Positions 55,801 to 64,000 of a stretch of DNA of 64,000 nucleotides are shown piece after piece. Source of the DNA: Octopus sinensis. Its lineage: Eukaryota. Positions within the stretch are counted from its first letter, which is position 1, and each line of letters starts with the position of its first letter. The stretch spans positions 152,334,001 through 152,398,000 of the forward strand of contig NC_042999.1 in assembly GCF_006345805.1 (NCBI RefSeq). Reading direction: 5' to 3'. Under the pieces are notes generated by a model. It was not told the origin of the DNA. It worked only from the letters and a program-made list of their open reading frames with translations, and did no database searches. The position numbers were made by a program, and so were the translations under genes.

Positions 55801-56329
55801 TGAAATGTATAAATAATTACCGGGGTTGATATATATGGCCAGATAATTGAAGAGATGGCGGCGTGGGTTTCCACCTCGGCATCCAAAACTCGGAGTGTTA
55901 TCATGGCTACCGAATAATTGTCACATATTACATTTACAGATAAATTCCTCTATTTACATAATATCGAGTTCTCTTTCATTCTTTTGTTGTCTTACACATT
56001 TTTATCAATATATATATATATATATATATCTTATACAGTGTTACATAAATATGAATGGCTCTTGGAATCGTGTATTTGAAAAAAATTGGGGCTAATAGAC
56101 TGCGAGACACCTGTCCAAGAACGTAACACACCATCCACTTTTGGAATATGAAGCCACTACGTTACGATCGTAAGTCTGATATCCAATTCATCACTGCAAT
56201 GAAGGAATAAAGCATTCGACGATTGTTGGGACCACATTTTTAATTTTCCATAAAATAAGCAAAAAATTAAGCTGTACTAAACGCAGCTCTACTGAATAGA
56301 GAAAAATAATTATAGTTATATTGATACCT

Positions 56330-57670
56330 GCGGCACATTATTTTTAAAATCCTGTTTAATTCTACTAGAAGACGATATACACAAAATGCTATATGCTACA
56401 ACTAAGAGAAAGTAATGAAAACTCCTACAACTTCTTTTACACTTGCAGTGAAAAGGATTTACTGATAAACGATGTGGTTATATAACTATTTTTTATGTAA
56501 ATCTCTTCTTTTCTACGACTTAACAAAAATTCACAAAGGCAAAATAACAAGTGAAGCGTGCTTATGCATTAGTGTTCTATCACCAAACTATTTAAAATTA
56601 ATACCAATATCTAACTCAAAATGTAAAACCAACCTTTTCAGTAATTTAGACATCATATTGAAACCATTTCTGAAACACATTAAAAGTTTTATAACAAATT
56701 ATCTAGATATGTTCTACCGTCTTCCAAAACTGTTCAATGGAAAACTTTTATTGTGTCTTATGAATAGCTATGGAATAAAAGTGAAACGATTCTGTGTGGA
56801 AAATTATACAGAAGAATTACTAGAACGTATAAAAAAGCGAATTAATTATTAAGGGGTTTATACTTATTCTTCAAAATAGCTTTTTCATGTCGACTATTAC
56901 CCACAAAAATCTGGAACTAAGATGAGCACTAAAATGGTCGCAGTTTATATAAATTTACTTATGAGATCCTTGGAAATTACAATTGGGTGAGAATCGCTAT
57001 GAAAGTATGGAAATTCCATTAATATATGAGAGAGAAATGGAAAAGATTTCAAAGCGGTTTCTTCATACTTTAGAATACATGCATACAGAAATGAATGGAT
57101 TTATAATACTATTTAATGAAATAGATAATGCCATTCAGTTCACAATTGAATACAATCAAGAGAAACTGCGATTTTTTTTAGATTTTTAGTATTGAAGGGA
57201 CAAACGAGCGAAATGAAACATGATGTATTAGAAAGGTAAAGATTCGAAGTAACATCTATTCTTTACCTCATGTCATATGAAACATACAAGAACTCATTTA
57301 GCCAGCAGTTTGTGTAGAATTCATTCTGATATTGATTGTATTATAAGACTTCAATAATTGAAAGATATACTCATCTACAAATATTATCCACTATACTTTA
57401 TCGGTGATACGACATAATGAAATGAGATAATTGAGGAGGATGCCTGGGTACTAAGAAGTGAATCCGTTACTATATCTCTACCTGAAGTGAATCTCAGAAA
57501 CCATGAAGATTTTTATATTATTCTTCAAAGTGTACTGATGTTGAAAAAGGATGCAAAGGTGAACCTCGTCCTACGAACGCACAAAAATTGTAAAATATTG
57601 GTAACAACTGAGATCATTAAAGTGAGCAGGAAGCAATTAAAAATTATATTCAACAATAACAGAATCAACA
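56330..57670 (+). mobile_element. Decayed Penelope-like reverse transcriptase
   Basis: FYDLTKIHK (FYGLPKIHK motif), LDIILKPFLKHIKSFI, IQFTIEYNQEKLRFFLD, LFFTSCH.KH; many stops and frameshifts. Confidence 0.8.
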
Positions 57671-57714
57671 GTCAAAATATGTGGGTGATCTGTATATATT
57701 TACATATAGACATA

Positions 57715-58150
57715 TGTATGTATATATGTATGTTTCTATGCATGTATGTATGTATGTATGTATGTATGTATGCATGTATGTATGTATGTATGTATGTATG
57801 TATGTATGTATGTATGTATGTATGTATGTATGTATGTATGTATGTATGTATGTAGTTGCATATCTAGACATGCTCATATATATATATGTACACAGTTCCT
57901 CTTTCCAAATCATTATATCAGGCCTGTTGTGCTTACATTTTATTGAGGTCGTCACTGGTACATTCCACGTATGTATGTATGTATGTATGTATGTATGTAT
58001 GTATGTATGTATGTATGTATGTATGTATGTATGTATGTATGTATATACATATATATATATAAATACATATATATATATACATATATATATACATATATAT
58101 ATGTATGTATGTACGTATGTATGTATGTATATATGTATGTGGTATGTATG

Positions 58151-58184
<34 letters not shown>

Positions 58185-58850
58185 TGTATGAATGTATGAT
58201 GTATGTATGTATGTATGTATGTATATCTATACATATATATATAAATACATATATATATATACATATATATATACATATATATATGTATGTATGTACGTAT
58301 GTATGTATGTATATATTTATTATGTAGTATGTATGTATGTATGTATGTAATATATGTATGTATGTATGTATGTTATGTATGTATGTATGGATGTATGTAT
58401 GAATGTATGTATGTATGTATGTATGTATGTATGTATGTATGTATGTATGTATGTATGTATATATTTATGTAGGTATGTATGTATGTATGTATGTATGTAT
58501 GTATGAATGTATGTATGTATTATGTATGTATGTATGTTAATATATACATATATATATATAAATACATATATATATATACAGATATATACATATATATATG
58601 TATGTATGTTACGTATGTATGTATCTATGTATGATGTATGTATGTATGTATGTATGTATGTATATGTATGTGTATGTATGTATGTCTGTATGTATGTATG
58701 TATGAATGTATGTATGTATGTATGTATGTGTATATATGTAGTATGTATGTATGTATGTATGTAGTATATAGTATGTATGTACGTATGTATATATGTATGT
58801 AGTATGTATGTATGTATGTATGTATGTATGTATGTATGTATGTACGTATG

Positions 58851-58884
<34 letters not shown>

Positions 58885-59084
58885 TGAATGTATGTATGTA
58901 TGTATGTATGTATATATGTATGTATGTACGTATGTATATGTAATGTTGTATGTATTATGTAGTATGTATGTATGTATGTATGATGTATGTATGTATGTAT
59001 GTATGAATTATTATGTTGTATGTAGTATGTACGTATGTATGTATGTATGTATGTATGTTTGTATGTATTATGTATGTACGTATG

Positions 59085-59118
<34 letters not shown>

Positions 59119-59188
59119 TGTATGTATGTATGAATGTATGTATGTATGTATGTATGTATGTATGAATGTATATATGTATGTATGTATG

Positions 59189-59250
<62 letters not shown>

Positions 59251-59326
59251 TGTATGTATGTATGAATGTATGTATGTATATGTATGTATGTATGTATGTA
59301 TGTATATATGTATGTATGTACGTATG

Positions 59327-59360
<34 letters not shown>

Positions 59361-59394
59361 TGTATGTATGTATGTATGTATGAATGTATGTATG

Positions 59395-59428
<34 letters not shown>

Positions 59429-59430
59429 TG

Positions 59431-59464
<34 letters not shown>

Positions 59465-59482
59465 TGTATGTATGTATGAATG

Positions 59483-59514
<32 letters not shown>

Positions 59515-59518
59515 AATG

Positions 59519-59552
<34 letters not shown>

Positions 59553-59554
59553 TG
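57715..59554. repeat. About 1.8-kb (TATG)n satellite
   Basis: Direct reading. Confidence 0.98.
57889..57968 (-). mobile_element. R4/Dong-type restriction-like endonuclease fragment inside the satellite
   Basis: [24 protein letters not shown] matches the W...T......NRPDI RLE motif. Confidence 0.7.
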
Positions 59555-59971
59555 CAGGTTAAAGGAATAGATTTATTCATGTGTTTCCAACTATATTAAG
59601 TTAATAGTGTTTGGATTGAATTTTTTGATGTTTTCAAACCGGCAATTTGTGTGAGATATAAATACCCATAATTCATTGATTTCAGAAACTGAAGATATAC
59701 TCGTCAACTGAAATCCGCCGACCTTAATAGATGGGATTTAACGAACCTTGGTAAATTATGTCCGAATGCAAAAACAAGTAAAACAAAACAGCATGTGTGA
59801 AATGAAAACTGTTACCACATGTTTCAAATCTTGAAACAACGACGCCTATAATATTATTCTTCAAAATATACCCGATGCTGAAAAAGGACACCAAGGTGCT
59901 GAAGATTCTACGAATACATACAATTGTAAAAAGTTCGAGGCAAGCGGGATCATTAAAGAAAATAAATATAT

Positions 59972-60444
59972 TTATTTCTTTATTGCCCACAGAGGGGATA
60001 AACATAGAGGGGACAAACAAGGACAGACAAAGGGATTAAGTCGATTACATCGACCCCAGTGCGTAATTGGTACTTAATTTATCGACCCCGAAAGGATGAA
60101 AGGTACAGTCGACATCGGCGGAATTTGACCTCAGAACGTAACGGCAGACGGAATACATACTGCTAAGCATTTCGCCTGGCGTGCTAACGTCTCTGCCAGC
60201 TCGCCGCCATTTTCAAAGAAAATATATTCTTTTCTACTCTAGGTACAAGGCCCGAAATTATTTGAAGGGGCGGGGTGCCGTTCGATTAGATCGACCCCAG
60301 TACGCAACTGGTACTTAATTTATCGACCCCGAAAGGATGAAAGCCAAAGTCGACCTCGATGGAATTTGAACTCAGAACGTAACGGCAGATGAGATACCAC
60401 TAAGCATTTCGCCCTGCGTGCTAACGTTTCTGCCAGCTCGACGC
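59972..60444 (-). mobile_element. Two full-length SINE A copies with different tails (59972-60208, 60225-60444)
   Basis: Both have the ggcgagctggcaga-type head; tails ccctctgtgggcaataaagaaata versus gggccttgtacctagagtagaaaagaat. Confidence 0.92.
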
Positions 60445-61165
60445 CTTTTTTAAAAAAATGTATTCACTGATTCCTAATAATGCTCTTCAACAACAGAACC
60501 AACAACCAAAAAGTGTATGTATTTGCAAGAATGCGGAGAAAATTATAAGCGTCAAACCGTAAGAACATTAAGAAAACGTCAGATTTACAAAAGCTTAAGT
60601 GACATATTCATAACATCAAATTCACTGGTAACAAAGGGCCAACAAAGACCCTGAGCAATGTGCCTTCTTCAGACCTAGCTAATGAAAATATATATATATA
60701 CTGTCTTTTAATAAGACATGATATATATGTACAGTCTTTTAATAAGTATGATACGAAACAGATGTGCCTGCTATTTCTTGCAGAGTGACAGACCACGTAG
60801 AAGCTTACTCCTTGGCAAATGATATAAAATATTGTGTACAGCTGTCGTAGGGCTATAAAATCTTACAAATTTCATTAACCTTGATTAATTACTTTTTCTT
60901 CTCAATAGTTCAGCTTCTTTAGAGATCATATGTTTCAAAAAAGGTGACATATTTCATTTAAGTTTTATTCTACCTACACACAAAACGCTTTATTATTGTT
61001 ATTGTTGTTGTTGTTATTTTACTGATATTATTTTTGTTTATCAGATAATTAATCATCTGTTTACAATATTTTTATCGGAGAAATATAATTAAACGCACAA
61101 AACACACGCATACAGAGACACATGAAATGTCTGTGTTTAGCTATGTATAATATATTAATACACTG

Positions 61166-61274
<109 letters not shown>

Positions 61275-61768
61275 GTATGTATATATAAATAAAATATATA
61301 TATATATATATAGAAACATATATATACTATATATGCATATATATATGGATATATTTATGTACATACATACGTATTGTATGCGTACATTATCTGCACATGT
61401 ATGTGCCTAAGAGCGTGTTTATGGTATTTGTGTATTCTTAGAAGATTCATTTAACGACACCAACTTATCGTTTTAAACATTTAAGTAATGACACCATTAG
61501 CAACAATAATTATAATAATAATAACTTATGATACCCACCATGGGAGTGATATCTATGAATTTTTATCATTTCAACATAATTTTACTCTACTTTGAACTGA
61601 CAAATATTCGTGCATTATTTTTTTTTCTTTCTTTACAGATTCATATAAGCTACGCAAACATATCTAACAGGAACAAATTAACATAAATTGCACACACACA
61701 TACAAATATAGTAGACTCCTATATGCATGCACATCTAATATACTAGGGGAAGAGGTAAGTTAGCTTAA

Positions 61769-61977
61769 CCCTTTAATATTCAGATTACTTCGATAAATAT
61801 AGAGCTTATTTATTCATGTTGTTTTGAATTATCTTGTAGCTTCGAAGTTTCGATGCTGCGACTGTTTATTTTTAGAATGATATTCTAAGAGAAGAGTGAG
61901 AGTCTGGATTTGGTCGGTGTGAACATAAAACAGGCAGGATATTTGAGCTGGATATGGTCGGTTTGAATGCTAAAGGG
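61769..61977. mobile_element. piggyBac-type MITE
   Basis: TTAA|CCCTTTAATATTCA ... TGAATGCTAAAGGG|TTAC: CCC/GGG TIRs with TTAA target, right copy mutated. Confidence 0.8.
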
Positions 61978-62820
61978 TTACGGCAGGTTTCTTTCACTAA
62001 AACATCTTACTTCTATTGAGGGAACTGTCAGAGACTGGAGTTTATAAAATATCACAGCATCCATAGAAACAGCAACAGCAGCAGCAGCAGCCGATCAAGA
62101 ATTTGGACCTGGTGATCTCCATTTCCAGTGACTTCGAGGGCCACCTCCCAGTGGTGTCGGGCGTCAACGAAGAGCCCTCGACTACAACAAGACGACCAAA
62201 GTTTTTTTTTTCAAGGTCTGAGGTCTCCCACCCCTAAGCCCTAGACCACCATCTAATACTCCTTACCCGTCTTGTTGCTTAACAACAACAACAACAACAA
62301 CAGCAACAGCAACAGCAGCAGATATAGCTGAAGAATCTCGTGGAGATTCGATCGTTTCTATTATTTCTATTTTAGCGTGGAAAAATCTGGCAGAAGCATC
62401 AGAGTGCCATAAAAATGTCTTGCGATGTTTCCTCCGACTCTATACTTTCTGAATTCAAATCTGGCCGAAATCAACCTTTTCTTTCATTCTTTCGGGTGTC
62501 GATAAATAAAGACTGGATATACCTAACAGAGAGAAATGTAATGGGATCATAGGTACAAATAGAGGACTATTACAAAGTAAAATACTGGGTCTAAACAAAA
62601 GCAGATTGGATCAGATGAGGATTTTACCGAAAATGATACAAAACTGGCCATAACGTTTCTCATTTCTTGACGTAGGTCATTTAAATTGCATATATTGATA
62701 GAGTAAGTCTTTCTTTATAGTAACTTTTTTTCTTGATCTACTTTACGGCGGGCAATTGATAGATTCCAAGCAGTAGCAATCAGCTGACACAGTTCTTTAC
62801 GAAGGAAGGATGCAAGTGTT

Positions 62821-62990
62821 ACAAGGCCGGCCCTTTGAAATACAGGTACAACTCATTTTTGCCAGCTGAGTTGACTGGAGCAACGTGAAATAAAGTGTCT
62901 TGCTCAATGACACAACGCGTCGCCGGTAATTGAACTCACGACCTTACAATCGTGAGCCGAATGCCCTAACCACTAAGCTACGCGCTTTCA
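62821..62990 (-). mobile_element. Chimeric SINE: D-type head and core joined to a C-type body segment
   Basis: acaaggccggccctttgaaatacaggtacaac is identical to 14681-14712, then cagctgagttgactggagcaacgtgaaataaagtgtcttgctc as in family D. Confidence 0.82.
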
Positions 62991-63009
62991 CTATACATAT
63001 ATATATATA

Positions 63010-63157
63010 CGACGGGATATTTTTCTACCAAATCCACTCACAAGGCTCCGGTCGGCCCAAGGCTATAGTGGAAGACACTTGCTCAAGGTGCCACACAGTG
63101 GGACTGAACCCGGAACCATGTGGTTGGGAAGCAAGCTTCTTACCATACAGTCGCACC
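63010..63157 (-). mobile_element. SINE family B, 5' half
   Basis: ctaccaaatccactcacaagg...gggactgaacccggaaccatgtgg. Confidence 0.88.
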
Positions 63158-63189
63158 TAACAGAAGTCTGCTCTAATCTGATGGACATG

Positions 63190-64000
63190 TTCAAGCCAAT
63201 GAAGACACATATTTCTGACCTGGAGGATGAAACCAAGACATAGCATTACGATTCAAAATTAAACTTTTTTTATGGAGTGGCGTTTCACCTCTTCTTACAG
63301 AGCTTAGGAGTGCACAAGAGCCAGTGAACGGCATCGGAAAGCACGGCAACTGTTTAGGGAAACGAGAAGGGTTTTGGGGGATTGTGCTTGTACCTTGAAC
63401 GGCGAGTGGTACGTTGAGTTCTTCAAAACTCTTACAGAAGCCATAATGAGAAAGTGATCGATCAAGAATCTGGAAACGATTCACATTCGCTATGATAAAG
63501 CGTGACCACACACAGTTTTGGCCACTAATCAGTTAACAGGCAAATTAGGCTAGTCAGTGGTCCTCCATTCACCGGCTATTTCTGATTTCCACATGTTAAT
63601 TGCAATAAAGGACAGTGTTCGGGGACAACAATTTGACGGTACAAATGAGGTGAAAGAAACTGAAGAATTATGTAGTAGAGTATACAAACGGATGTTTACA
63701 AAAAAGATTCGTGAGTTTGGTTTAATGATAGCAGAAATACAGCGCATGTAATGGAAGCTGTGTTGAGTAACAACTTTTGTGCAGAAGAAGAATTACCAAA
63801 AGTTATTCTACTAGCATGTACATTTTGAGCGACCTATTTCACTCAGTTAATAAAAACGTTATACCTACCTTTGCATTACTTTCATGTAAGGGACTGGAAA
63901 TAATGGCAACTGTTTAGGGAAACGAGAAGGGTCTTTGGGGATTGCGCTTGTACCTTGAACAGCGAGTGGTACGTTGAGTCCTTCAAAATTCTTACAGAAG
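63190..64000 (+). mobile_element. Decayed mariner catalytic region with a 96-bp direct duplication (63345-63440, 63905-64000)
   Basis: GDET-like, HDNARPH-like (YDKA*PHT) and HSPAISDFHML..IKDSVRGQQF...EVK (YSPDLAPSD motif) remnants. Confidence 0.75.

Noticed and set aside
57665-59580. [12 protein letters not shown] repeat ORFs here and throughout the window
   Set aside because: Products of (TATG)n, (TA)n, (TG)n and (GATA)n tracts.
61639-61754. Acceptor (tttacag) and donor (GAG|GTAAGT) framing 116 nt
   Set aside because: All three frames contain stops and nothing else supports an exon; a non-coding exon cannot be excluded.

Overview
Eukaryotic, AT-rich, repeat-saturated animal DNA. The SINE types and microsatellite density suggest a coleoid cephalopod such as Octopus (inference, no search run). 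I cannot support any intact cellular protein-coding gene; almost all ORF-track entries are microsatellite translations. The window holds two decayed CR1/L2-group LINEs, fragments of RTE, R4/Dong and Penelope (PLE) retroelements, mariner remnants, a piggyBac-type MITE, four non-autonomous Helitrons, about 30 copies of four tRNA-derived SINE families (labelled A-D here), large compound microsatellites and a 100-N gap. Main highlights: (1) several short, non-coding, (TA)n-anchored PLE-type elements carry minimal hammerhead ribozyme folds, three with intact cores and one subfamily with a fixed CUGU core variant, often as foldback palindromes; (2) a SINE and the resident LINE share a 3' tail whose hairpin shows compensatory base changes; (3) SINE heads, bodies and tails are shuffled between families, and one SINE trimer lies inside a single TSD; (4) a 308-bp inverted local duplication sits inside a (TG)n tract; (5) there is a candidate 19-nt micro-exon. 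All alignments and folds were done by eye.
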